Source: Paramecium tetraurelia (taxonomy: Eukaryota). Taken from it: DNA of 64,000 nt. Of this stretch, positions 27,459 through 39,884 are shown piece by piece. The translations under genes were made by a program, and so were the position numbers. The stretch covers positions 323,337 through 387,336 of the forward strand of contig CT868429.1 of the NCBI GenBank assembly GCA_000165425.1. The letters run 5' to 3'. Under the pieces are notes generated by a model, which was not told where the DNA came from, made no database searches, and saw only the letters and a list, made by a program, of their open reading frames with translations. The stretch's first letter is position 1. Each line of letters starts with the position of its first letter.

Positions 27459-29211
27459 TCAAGACCTATTGCTGTCAATAAGAATCTAGTTGCCATCATT
27501 CTATTTTATTTGATTGTTATAATTAATTATTTCAATTTACACAAAATTATCAAAATAAAATATCTCTGATTCCACAACGTAAGTCTAATCCTTTTTTATA
27601 TTTCACACTTGAAAATTTATTTAAATCTAGCATTTCTTGTGAGCAATACTTGTATGTTTTGTCAAAATTTAAAGCACTAATTATATTTCATAATATTTAC
27701 TCTTCATAAAATTATTAAAACACTTTATAATGCTTTTTATTTGACACCTTTTTTCCTTACTTTTTTTCCAAATATTCTTATCTATAAATATCGATATCTA
27801 CATCATTCTTTTCAATATTTCGTTAGGCGACACTTCTGAGAGTTTCCAAAAATAATTATTATTGCACAATTACTAGAAATTGCTTTTTACCACTACTACC
27901 AATATATTTGTTTGTTAATTCTCCAAGAAAGTCAGCCTATATCTTTTTCATTTTTGGTGATTCATTAAGGATTTTAGAAGGAGGTATTACACCATTTGGT
28001 TATGAATTGCATAAGATGCATCCAGTTTATTAAATATCAGAGAAATTAGCTAACAATTGATTCAACCATTGAAATCTAAGACTAGATAATTCTTAAGCCA
28101 TTTTACCAATAGGGATGCCTTGTAGGTACATTTTGATTTAATCTTCAAAACTTAACCCTCCCAGTAAAATGATAGGCTATTTTTAGTCTCTTTTTTATTA
28201 TGAAAACTAATAAAGCAAAGACTCCATAGTAAATGGAACTTAGAATCCTTATTAATATCCGGTTATAATTTTCTTTTAATCATTTACCTAAAACTTCTTT
28301 GTTAATTCTTCAATAAGAGGATCAAAATTAGTTACAAAAACTTATTCTATTTTTTTTGTTTCTTCGTCTTCATATTCTTTTTCTTCTTCTTTTTTTTCCT
28401 TTACTTCTTCATCCTTTTCTTCTCCTTTTACTTTCTCTGGTTCATTATAGGAATCCACAGTTTTTTGAATATCCAATTCATTATCCTTCTTATTTTCATT
28501 TATAGCTATTGGAGCCATATTTAATATTATAATATCAGGTTTCTTCTCTGATATCAATTTTTAAGTATCGATAATACTTTCATAATTATTTTAAAATACT
28601 CCTTAGATTCTTAAGACAATGCCATTCTTGTGAGTTAATATTGCAGAACTGGTCTATGATTGAGGATCCTCTTTAATCATGATACTCCAATCTTCTTACT
28701 ATTTAAGTTAATAGATATCTGATTGAATATAATTAAATTTTTCAGTATGCTTGGCAACTGAAGTTTTTTCATCAATTTAAATTAAATCATTAAATTCAAT
28801 TTACCTGGCCAAATGATAATAGCACTTTTAGAGAGTTTCTACTTGTTGATGAGTAAAATACTAAGCATGTTTTTTATAAAATTTATATATTTCTCTATAC
28901 AATCTTACATCTTTGGCTGAGATATTTTGAACTAACACCTATATTAAATCTACGGCACTTTGAGGGGAATCCAATTTAGATATGTTATAGTTGTGAAATA
29001 TTTATCTAGAAATATTTACTATTTATGTAGTATTAGCAGCTTAGATTAATTTGATATTTTCTAAAGTTGATATTGTGTATTAAAGATCATTAGCATATAG
29101 CAAACTCTCTTCAACCTATTAAATTTTTGAGACATAGACATTCTTTATGAACTTATAGAGCTTCGTTTTTTCTCTGCATACCTTATAAAAAGTAAAATAT
29201 TTATTGAGCAT
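27459..29211 (-). CDS. Hypothetical protein, weak TraB/TRABD-like similarity
   Basis: Long ORF from MLNKYFTFYK; ISEKKPDIIILNM and PIILLGGLSF segments recall TraB motifs; assignment tentative. Confidence 0.45.
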
Positions 29212-29332
29212 AATTATAAATTATATAGTATAGTTTAATTAATTTAGAAAACACAAAAATAATTTATACAAATGATTAGATGAAATACTCTTATAATGGA
29301 TATACAATTATAATAATGTTAATTAAATATAT

Positions 29333-30518
29333 TCATTATTTAATGATTTTATGTTTAATTAGTATCTCTCTATAAAAGTCTAAGTCTTCCTCTTATTTTT
29401 CAGTTATCTTTTTTTATTATAAACTTAAGTTCCTGAAATAATCTACTTCTTCCTATAATTAATCATTTTATAGCTTTAATTCATTGATAGTCGAAACTTT
29501 TATTTTTATTTCTTCTTAATAAAATGAAGTATCAACTGGTTCTATTTTAGACTGACTTATGTTGCTTTGATTATGCCTACATTAGATTAAACAATTACGT
29601 GTTTCTATATCTTTCAAATTCGTCTGTTAATTTTGATAGAACCTCCCTAAATTATTTAAGTTCTTCAACTAAACGCTAATTTTCCTCTGTTTTTTAGGAA
29701 GCCATTGCTTAATATTTGACTTTATCGTCTCTCTCTTTTTTCAATTCCAAATCTAATTAGCGAACGCTCTTAAATTTATCTTAATTTATTATAATTGCCA
29801 TTTCAGCATTTTCATTTCTTAATTTATTTAACATTTCATTTTTCACCTCCAATAATTTTACTACTTCACCAGTCTCCTTCTCATATTTCTTAATTGTTTC
29901 TTATGAACTTCTTTGTTGTAACTAGTTTTAGATATATTTATATACTTTTAATTATTGTAATTACTTAGTTAAATTAACAATTTCTCTAGTTAATGCTTCA
30001 CTTTATGAATCTACCTATTTTGTATTTGTTGGTTTTGTTTCTTTTTTTTCTTGATTGTCCTTATCCTTATTCTCTTTATAGTTATCCCCACAAAATTTTA
30101 ATTTTTTTACAGGGAGTCTTGAAGCAGATTACTTGACTAAGGATTTTGCTTGATCCAATAATTTGGAAGAATTTGATTAACCCTGTTATTAACTAAGGGA
30201 TGTTTAATTAACAACTGAAACAGTGGAATTGCTTAATGAATAATCAGAGATGATTTCATCTTCTTGCGTTTGTACCTCAAAATGTTATCTTTCTTGTAAT
30301 TCAGTTTGGGTGTGTTTTTCAATTTATAGAAACTGTTATCCAAGATACTTTTGCAACATTGTATTCAATTCTTTCAACTTTTCCCTAAGATTTAAATATC
30401 CACATTACTTCTATAAATTATTCTCTTTTTATAGTAACAGTCGCTCATCTTCTAGTCTTAATACCACATCCACTTAATATTCTAATGCTTCTTATAGCTC
30501 CAATACTTCTTTACTCAT
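29333..30518 (-). CDS. Hypothetical coiled-coil protein
   Basis: MSKEVLELQEALEYQVDVVLRLEDERLLLQKEN...; ends LDFYREILIKHKIIKQ-TGA. Confidence 0.65.
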
Positions 30519-30714
30519 AATATTTTAAATTTGATTCTAAATTGATTTTAATTATATAACGAATAAATTCCTCACTTTTTTAAACTTCTTATTTAGATGT
30601 AATTTTATGATGCTGTTTACGAACCCCTTTTAATGAATCCAAAATCTAATTAGAATGAATGAAAATTAATGAGAATTACAAATTGTCTAGGAACAATAAT
30701 TATAAAATTAATAA

Positions 30715-31305
30715 ATGGCTAAATAGTTTTACTTGATTTTTTCTGATAAAAAAATAAAGTTGAAAAGGAAAGTATACATACTTGGAAGGAGTAAGGCTTA
30801 GGCTTCAATAGTAATTAAAAATGAATCAATCAGCAGACAACACGCTAAATTGATTGTGGGCAAATCTAGCATCACCATTTAAGACTTAGGATCTGTTAAT
30901 GGAACAGAAATTAATGATAGAGCCATTAAATAGAATTAGTTGGTATTGTTAAGGGAAGGCATGAGGATTAAATTGGGGGAATATGAATAATAGCTTGAAA
31001 TTTAATTCGAAACTATTGATAGTGATATAGAACTTTCAAGATCAAGAAGTAGATCTAATTCAAATTAAAAAACATAGTAAAGTAAGGGAAATCAAGAATT
31101 GTAGAAAAAATAAAAAATTTGGAATATGGGTGGATTGAGCAAAGAAAATTAGGATAAACTTAAGAAGTTGATGGGAGCAAAAAATGAATCAGATGATGAT
31201 GAGTAGGAGAAGTAAAAGGAAGAAATTGAAAAGAGAAACAAAGAATTAGAATTACAATACAAAAGGGCAATGTAAAGATAAAAGTAAAAAGGTATTGGTT
31301 TATGA
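30715..31305 (+). CDS. FHA domain plus SMAP (small acidic protein) domain protein, 196 aa
   Basis: FHA motifs ILGRS, SISRQHA, QDLGSVNGTEIN; RS dipeptides; C-terminal WNMGGLSKENQDKLKKLMGAK...ELELQYKRAM...GIGL. Confidence 0.85.
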
Positions 31306-31338
31306 AATATGTTTATTTATTTATTATGAAAAACAGGT

Positions 31339-33456
31339 TCAAATACCCACAAATTCTTTAAAAACCATATTAGTTTTTACTGATTTATTTTAATACAAGG
31401 CATTTAAAAATTATGCTAAAGCTTCTTGTCTATAAGCTATAACATCTTACTATTTTTAAATTGGTTCGTTTGGTAGAACAGGGATTTAATATTGCCTTTC
31501 TAATAGCTAAAATTAATTTTAATCTAACCTTTTTATACAATTCTTTAAAATCATTATACCTTCTTTAAACAGTTGCGACAGTCTGATTATTTATTGATCC
31601 CTCAATTTTATAATACTATTTTATTATTGTTTAATACAGTAATTTATTAAAGGGTTTTAACTTCCTTAATAATAAATTTATGACCATTTCCCATCCCTGG
31701 TTATATGCTAGATTAATATCGATCAGGATTTCTTGAGAAATATGATGTTTAATCATACGAGGATGAGTTTAACCTACTTTTTGGATCAAGACTATCTTCA
31801 TTAAAATCTTTATCTAGATAGCTTTGCTTAGAAGTAATGCTTGCCTTTCTTATTTCTAAGAAGTCATCAAATGATTTATCTTTCAACACTTGATCAATAT
31901 TTGTTTCCTCTAGAATTTAATAATACAATTTACTTTCATCTTCAATAAGAACAGGTCCTGATGTTTCCTCTAAAAATTTATCTAAAGTTGGGCATTACAT
32001 TTGATGTTAAACTATAAATTATAAGAACTTTTCAAGAGCCTCTCCTCTACTTGCAACATCTTTTCCTGTTAATCTTTCATTGGGTTTTTTTTCTGGTATT
32101 TCTGGGAATGAGTGATTTACATATATTTATGATAAAGCATATCTTAATTATTGAAATTCTTTCAAATTATGTTCAGTTCTGACTTGTCTTTATTTAGAAT
32201 TTGAAAAATAGAATATCTTAAAATATATGAATCTTTTTCCTTATTTCTTAATCTCTTCAAATCCTTCAATCTTAATGCTCTGAATTTCATATTTTGAATT
32301 TACATTAGCCTCTGGTTATTTCTATGTATTTAATTAGTTTGAAAGCTCGGTTAACTCTTAATTACTATTCTTTTGCTCCTTATCCTTAACAGGTGATTAC
32401 TATTATTCCTATTGATTAACTTCACTATCTTATTTGAATTTGTTTAGTTTTTCATCTAATTATTTATGCATGTCGAAAATTTAACTCATCAATTCCTTTT
32501 GTTCCTTCTCCTTTTAAATAGCTTCTTCTTCTTTCTTTAACCCATAAGTTAGATCAATCAATCCTGACTGTTCCTATTTTAATTTTTATATGCTTGAAGA
32601 ACCCAGAGAATTTTAAGAGCCATCATCCTTTTTAAATTCATCTAATTAATCTATAAATGATTGATTCCTTTTTGGATTTTTAGATATAGATTGTCTTTAA
32701 CTTGATGAATTTTATTAAGGATTCTATTTTTAAGTTTAAAGAGAGAATGAATCATCACTAATCAAATGATGTGAAAGATTATTAATGCTAATAAAATTAT
32801 TATCATCGCTATTCTTGTTTATTTTTTGATATTCAAACTTTGGAAAGAATAAGCTTATTATATTAATAACAAGCACAATTATGAAATTACACAAATAGAC
32901 TGATGCTTCTACGGTTAAATCATCAATTCCTTTATTTTCTTTTTCTAAATTTCTCTCTATTCCGAATACTAAACCTGATGTAAATTAAATAATCAAAATA
33001 ATGGCTAACGCCAGACGTAATTATCTTAAATAAGAGGATTTCATACTTTGAAAACTTGAAAATAGAGCGATAATCAATGTAAAATAAGAAAGCGCAGGTA
33101 GTCCACAAAAACACATTAGAAACCTCCATTAACCCGAAACTAGAGTCCCACAGAATTATCTTTGATATATGAAAATATATACAGAAATTATGCTTGCTAT
33201 TATTAGGATACAAAATCCTATTAACACACCTAAAAACTTTGCGAATATTGGAAAATTTCCAGCACTTCGATAATCTCTATGATAAACTAATTACTTATTC
33301 TTACATTGAGTAATCTTTAATGACTTGTCTTATTCTTTTCCATTCCTTTAAATAGGATTCCCGGCTTTTGAACAATATTCCCAGTACAAGAAGCAAGCCA
33401 AATATGTTCAAAGCATAAATAATTGTGCAACTTATTTAATTATCTGCACAATACAT
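31339..33456 (-). CDS. Membrane protein with N-terminal TM bundle and two PX domains
   Basis: Hydrophobic N-terminal segments; degenerate PX (HNLKEFQQLRYAL...FPEIPEK...SRGEALEKFL) and canonical C-terminal PX (VQRRYNDFKELYKKL...IPVLP...YRQEALAQFL). Confidence 0.75.
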
Positions 33457-33484
33457 AATGTTTATAGATTAATTATTTATAATT

Positions 33485-34229
33485 TCACTTTTCTTCTAAC
33501 CTGTATAAATGAAGTGGAATCTAAACCGATTCATTACCCAATTCTGCCTTGATAAATCCAAATTCATTGCTTAAAACCCATTGTTTAAACACTAGCGGGT
33601 CCATCGAATTCTTATTTTAAATTTATAGAATACACTCTATTAAGCAAACTTCATGAATATCTCCTAAACTTAGGTGTAGAGTTTGTTCAATTATCCTTAA
33701 GCCCAGGCATTAATTTTTGATTAGGTTAATTGATATTGATTCTGTCCTGAACAAACCTTTTCCCCCAATAATCTAAAAGCACTCAACCAGCTGTCCTTCA
33801 CAAAATCGTAAAACTCTTAGAAATCTATCTTGTTATCCTTGTTTTTATCAATCATTTAAAAGGAATCTATTTTACATCATATAAATTACAAGTAATCCTT
33901 TTATCTTTATTATTAATCAATGTTGTAATGCCTTCTAAATATTCTCTTTCTGTTATGTATCCTTCTTCACCCTACAACCTATATTTACATCTTACCCTAT
34001 CCAATAATTAAAATAGTCTATCAGCCAAAGGAGTGTCTCTCAGCCTTTTCAGTTGAATACTTTCAAATATTCCCAGTGCTTCATTAAACTTGTCTCTGGT
34101 CAATCTTCCTTATGGGGAAGCTTGTTTGAAGGCTCTCTTTATTTACTCTTCCACTTCCTAAGTAGTATTTTATCTCGAGTAATTGTAATTTTAATTTGGA
34201 TCAATGACTGTGATCGATGATTATCCCAT
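33485..34229 (-). CDS. N-myristoylated EF-hand calcium sensor (NCS/calcineurin B-like)
   Basis: MGQSS start; PLADRLFQLLD, EF loops DRGEEGYITERE and DKNKDNKIDFQE. Confidence 0.8.
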
Positions 34230-34727
34230 AATTATTAAATTATTTTTATAATATACTAACTCTCAATTAAATTCTTTTGCATTTCCTTATATAAAGGAAG
34301 TTGTTGAATCAACATTTCCTCCAATAGTTAATCTTATACTTGAAGCCTATATCAAAATGTATATCTATATGAAATTTGATGAATTAGAATTTAAACTTTT
34401 ACATATGAAATAATTTTATGAGTAATAGTTCTCCTTAAAATACTTTACAATTAATCTTCATATAGAATTATTCCTTAATGTTAATAATATTATTGTTAAT
34501 AAATTTAATAACTAACTTTTTATAATAAATAGATTTTAAACATTTATTAAGAAGATTATTAATCACCATTGGAATGAACGTAATATATCTTTCCTTTTGG
34601 TATTAGATTGCAAGGGAATCATAATTATTAACCAATCAAAGACTCATTTTTAAATTTTATCATTTATTAGATTTCTTTTTAAATCATTTTCATTACTAAA
34701 ATGAAAAATTTTGTTTGATAAATTATA

Positions 34728-34773
34728 TCACCCCTCTAAACTATTTTATATATAAAATAGTTTAGAGGGGTGA
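34728..34773. repeat. Perfect 46-bp palindrome
   Basis: TCACCCCTCTAAACTATTTTATA|TATAAAATAGTTTAGAGGGGTGA; the two 23-nt arms are exact reverse complements with no spacer. Confidence 0.98.
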
Positions 34774-34861
34774 AATAAAAAGAAAAATATAAGTATAAAT
34801 ATTGAATGGATCTAAGACAATAATAGTACTTTTAGTAAAATAGTGTAATTATATTAACTTT

Positions 34862-34934
34862 GGGAGTATAGCTCAGTTGGGAGAGCGTAAGACTGAAGAT
34901 CTTAATGTCATGGGTTCGATCCCCATTGTTCCCA
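34862..34934 (+). tRNA. trnF-GAA: tRNA-Phe(GAA), copy 1
   Basis: Cloverleaf: acceptor GGGAGTA/TGTTCCC, D stem GCTC/GAGC, anticodon stem TAAGA/TCTTA with CT-GAA-GA loop, T arm ATGGG-TTCGATC-CCCAT; followed by a TTTTT Pol III terminator. Confidence 0.98.
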
Positions 34935-35490
34935 TTTTTATATTTTTTATATTTTAATCTAAATATCTAACACATACTACTTAATTTTTTCTTTAAAGGA
35001 ATGTTAAAAATTTTTCTCTAAAATAGCTAGCAGTGATTGATTTGCTAGAATATTTATAGAGACTTAATATTAATAGTTAAAAAGAAAAATATAATATAAA
35101 TATTTTTAAAAGCAAAACTTATGCTTTAATTCAAAAATAACCATCAAAATTAAGAAGCTCTTAGCTATTAATGCTTAACAATTATTATAGAATTCTATAT
35201 GAAACCTAGCAACGAAGATTATGAAAAAATCGAATCATTTTGAATTTTGAAAGGAATTACCATTGCATTTTTTAATAGCATTTGGTATTCTTCTTAATTT
35301 ATGAAGTTCTTTTCATATTTATTTTTTTATCTATTTCGATTAAACTATCCCATTTTTATGCACTCTATTAATATATTTTAATTCATGTTTCTAATAATAT
35401 TTTGCCTCTGCTTGCAAAATAAAGTAATGACGTGTATATCCAATTGCATATTTATTCATATCCTAATTTGATTTTATTATTAATAAAATT

Positions 35491-35851
35491 ATGTTAAAAG
35501 TCTTAATACTAACTATCGCCTTTACATCTGTTATTTGCACAGGAAGTTACGAAGCAATTGATGTCGATGAATATTTTTCAGAATAAAGAAATGATGAAAT
35601 TTATGCAGCAGCCAGATTAAAGTTGGATTAAACTATTCCCTAGGATTTTCAATTTTTAAAGGTTGAATCTATAGAGAGATAAATTGTTGCCGGGTTCAAT
35701 TATAAATTCTTTGTCACCTTCAAAAATGAATAAAGCATACATTTATATGTCGTTCGTATCTATTAAGAGTATAACTTTATTATAAAATAGCTTGTAAAAC
35801 AATCTTTAGGTTTATGAACCAGAACTTATTAACCAGAAAGAGTATCTTTGA
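35491..35851 (+). CDS. Secreted cystatin-like cysteine protease inhibitor, 112 aa
   Basis: Signal peptide, N-terminal Gly (CTGSY), QIVAG (QxVxG, Gln encoded by TAA) followed by NYKF; 22-nt intron 35769-35790. Confidence 0.85.
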
Positions 35852-35879
35852 AATAAATATTAAATAAGTATATATTATA

Positions 35880-38800
35880 TCAATATTGAAATTATTTTTT
35901 CGATATGGCTTGTCTTGAACTAGCTCTGAATATTTCCTCTGCTACTTCATCTAACATGGCTTCAAATACAATATCTGCTAATTCTACTGCAACTTCTGCT
36001 TGTTCCTCATCATAATTAAGCCATTTCTCCTCAGATTCTTAAATCTTTAGAATAAATTGATTGCCTTACTTCGTACTCTAACATCTGTTACAATCGATCT
36101 TCTTTAATCTAGTTCAAGTAATCATCCTCTATTACTATAATTTCTCCTTAAGGGGTTTCAATTTTTTCGGGTATGAATCCACAAAGAAAAGATCCCCATT
36201 TAAGCATTTTGGCAATTGCAAATCCCATAGCTCTATCAATGGTTTCAGGAGTGGTCAAATTTTGATAAACTTTCAGGGGATTCGATTTCCAAGGATAAGG
36301 TTATCCTCTAATTCCATAAGGTCTTACAAAATTGATAGCCTCATTAAAAGCTTCATAAACCATTCTTAAATGGAACATTTCCAATTCCTTAAACTAATCG
36401 CTAATATTTAAGTCATTAAAATATTTCAGTTTGAGCGAGTAAGATTAATTAAATTTAGACCAAATATCTTCATCGATGAGAGGTTCCATCTAATGAATGT
36501 ATTTAATTAATGGATATAATGGGCCAGATGTTGAATCATCCAAATTGTTTTATTACATATCACTTAAAGATATTGTCTTTAATAAATCTTATGGACTTAT
36601 TCCTAAAGGTGTGTTAATTTACTATATAAAAGCACTCAAATGATGTTCTATTAATACAATTTTTAGTTACTTTAAATAAATTCTCCAAAAGAAACTAGGT
36701 AATCTTTTATGAAATTAAGAGTAGTTGGGAAACCAGGAGGAAATTAGTACTCAATCTATGATTCCTCATCCCACTCCATTAGCACCCCCAAAGATTAAAG
36801 AGGGAAATTATTTAATTCTTCAGCAAATTCAACTATTATATTTTAAACAATGTTTTCAGTAACACTGTCAATTTTACGATCATCAAAAGGTATTATTGAC
36901 TTTCTATAATTGGGTTAAGGGTCTCTATTTTCAAGAATTTCGATAGCCTCAACTTATGCTATCTCTTATGAAGGGATTGATTTTTAGTTATTGGATGTTA
37001 TTTGTTAAGATTTATGAATCGAATGCGACATAGATTCTGTATGAATATTGAATAATGTGCTAGTCTATATTTCTTCATTTTTCATTGAAATCTCATCCAA
37101 ACTCATTTACTAATCAAAGCTGCGAACTTACTTTCTGTTTTTCTGATATTTTCTAAAATGATCATTTTCTACATTATTAATATAATAATAATACTTATTT
37201 TTTATAATAGCCCATAATGAGGGATAGCCTTTTTCTCAATATCACAATCAGATTGCTCAGTTTCAGATCTTAAAGAAAAAATTTACCTAATTGAAAGATT
37301 TTCTTCATCACACTGCATCTTAATCTTTTCCATAAATTATTGATCTTTCTAAGTAGATTTTATAGTTTCCTTAAACATCTACTAAAGTCTTTCAACTTCA
37401 TTTTTCGATTATTATAACTTTGCTCTCTCTCTTTTATATTTCCTTTCTAGTTTGTCTTTGTTCTCGGAAAACATTTCATTAGTTACTTTCTTTTTTTCTA
37501 ACATTTTATCCAACAAAGCAACTTATTTATCGAATTTCTATTATAGAGCTTCTTCGCGAGATTTCAATACTTAAATATAATAATCAGGGTCTTGATTGGA
37601 TCCATTTTAATTGAGTCTACTTTTTTTAGGTGTAGAATCTTAGATTTGTTCAATTTCTGATTCTAGATTTTCAGATTATGATTAACAGGCTGATTATGAT
37701 TAGGGTAAATTTTAATTATTTTTAATAGATTTTTATGCACTTGACAGCTATTATTGAGAGAATTAATCTAAGTTGAGATGAGGTATATTATTATTTCCTT
37801 TAGGACTTGATTAATGAGGAGATGACTATTGGATAGATTCAGAAGGAGGAGGAGCATACCCTTGTTAATGGGATATGGCAGAGTCATTTTATAAATATTC
37901 ATAATTATTCTGCTTCCTATTTGATTCTGTAGCCTAATTAATAGATTGCTGATCATCTTATTTTAATAAATCTCTAAATAATACTTATTCTGAATTGTTC
38001 ACTCCTTTATCTTATTTCTAAGCTTCCTCCTATTATTAAATTAAATAATTTAGATAAAAAAATACTAGTTATCTAGTTTTAAATCCTCTCCATACCTTTT
38101 AGATCATGGTTGCAGCTATATTTTGAATTAATTCCAATTGCTCTTCACTTATTTTATCAAATAATTCATCTTATAGGGCAGTATCTGGTTGTTCTTATAT
38201 TTGTTTTTTACTTTTAGAGCTAGAAATGCTATGATGGGTATAATTTTATTATTATGATAATGATTATTATTGCTAGTATTACTAATATTACTATTATTAA
38301 CTTTAGGATTATTATTAATTAGTAACCAATTAAAACCTACCTTGAAGTTCCTAAAATCTCTCCTTTATAGTTTATTTTGATTATTATTCAAACTTCTCCT
38401 TCAAAAATTATTCCAAAAATTAATATAATTCTTATTCACTTAATTTATATTGAAATCCTTAACTATTCATCTGCTCATTTATGACTTGCATCTACATTAA
38501 TTATTCTTATAAATATGATTCAGGTAGATTAGACAACCATTCAATAAAAGTCAACTAACTATTTTTCCTTGTATGAGATTAAGTGCTGCTATAACTTGAT
38601 TATCTAAGCGATCTCATTAATTCCTTATACTCTTTTTCTAATTTATTGAAATTTGGGGGTTCCGATGTCCGATAATGCTGTGATTGTGGTTCGACATGTT
38701 AAGAGTTTAGTTAAACGGTTAAATTGGATTTAATTGAGGCATTTCTTGATTTAGCAAATTGTTTTGCCTCTTAATTTAAAATCTATAGATTTTAAAGAAC

Positions 38801-39789
38801 TTTTTCTTTTTTTAATTTTTAGAGTTGTTTTCTAAAATAAATAAAATTTATACTCTTCTATTTTCTATTATCTCCAGAGTTCTTTTTTGTACATCATATA
38901 CAATTTCACATCCTATTCTACCTCCTTATGTTCGCAATTGTTTTTATTTTTTAGAGGAGACGATATTGATTCCAATACTTATTTCGATTTTTATTCTTGG
39001 GATATCTATAAATATACTTTAAATCATCTTTTAAATATCTTTTTCAGGTTTGGAATTCAAAAAATCTAATCCCAATTTATGTCTTCTTATTTTCTCCTTT
39101 ATTGCTTATTCAGTAGAAGTCTTGCTTTAAACAATAGGCTTTTCTAGTTTATCATGGATTTCCAACATTTTAGTCCAATACTATTTTAACTTATTTTAAT
39201 CGATGCCCCAAGGTAATACTGATGAGGGAGGAGACTTTTACTAAACATAATCTTAAAGTATCTAAATACCCTTGAAAATCTTTATTGATTGACTTATCGA
39301 ATTTGTTGATCCATAATTTTTCTCATTTCGTTCAAACTAGCCACTCTTTATTTTTATATCTCTTCTTGTACTTACTACTCTTGCTTATCCTCTTTTGTGA
39401 TATTGAATTAAATTACTTTAATGCTTACGCAGGTTTGATTTTAATAATTGTTAAACCCTCTACTCTGATTCCTGTTTATCTTATAGTTAAACTTTCTTTT
39501 TCTTTTGAGTTTTCTTCTTCTTTTTTTTCTTCTTTATTTAACTCTTTGATTTTAGTTCTACTTAGGTGTCCTTTATGGGCTCTCCTTACTAAATGATTAT
39601 CTGTTGTTGTAAATTAATTATTGGGCCAGATGTGGTTCGTTTGAGACATTTTCCATTATGGGGACTTTTTTTTTCAGGGCTTTTCATTACATTGACTATC
39701 TCTTCTTCCAATTTATTGGTCTCAATAGGTCGTTACATAAGTCTAGCAGAATTCATAATAACATTCGGCTCTACTTTACGACACTGCAT
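35880..39789 (-). CDS. CEP350/CAP350-like (DUF4378, TRM M2-type C-terminus) coiled-coil protein with IQ motif
   Basis: IQ motif AATMIQKVWRGFKTR; coiled coil LKSREEALQQKFDKQVALL; RMVYEAFNEAI..RPYG...PYPW; C-terminal EEKWLNYDEEQAEVAVELADIVFEAMLDEV. Confidence 0.7.
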
Positions 39790-39884
39790 TATAAAATTAT
39801 TAACGATAATTGAAATTTCAATACTAAAAAAATGTATTAGAAAATCAAATATTTTTAATTAGATTCAGTATCATGAGAACATTA

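Noticed and set aside
34270..34704. Long TGA-free frames on both strands and small hairpins (34283-34320) upstream of the palindrome
   Set aside because: With one stop codon, frames of this length arise by chance; no clear start or domain, and short hairpins are expected in AT-rich DNA. A decayed gene cannot be excluded
38825..39862. Plus-strand hydrophobic ORFs in the supplied track (38825, 38887, 39285, 39593)
   Set aside because: Antisense shadows of the K/E/Q-rich CEP350-like gene on the minus strand
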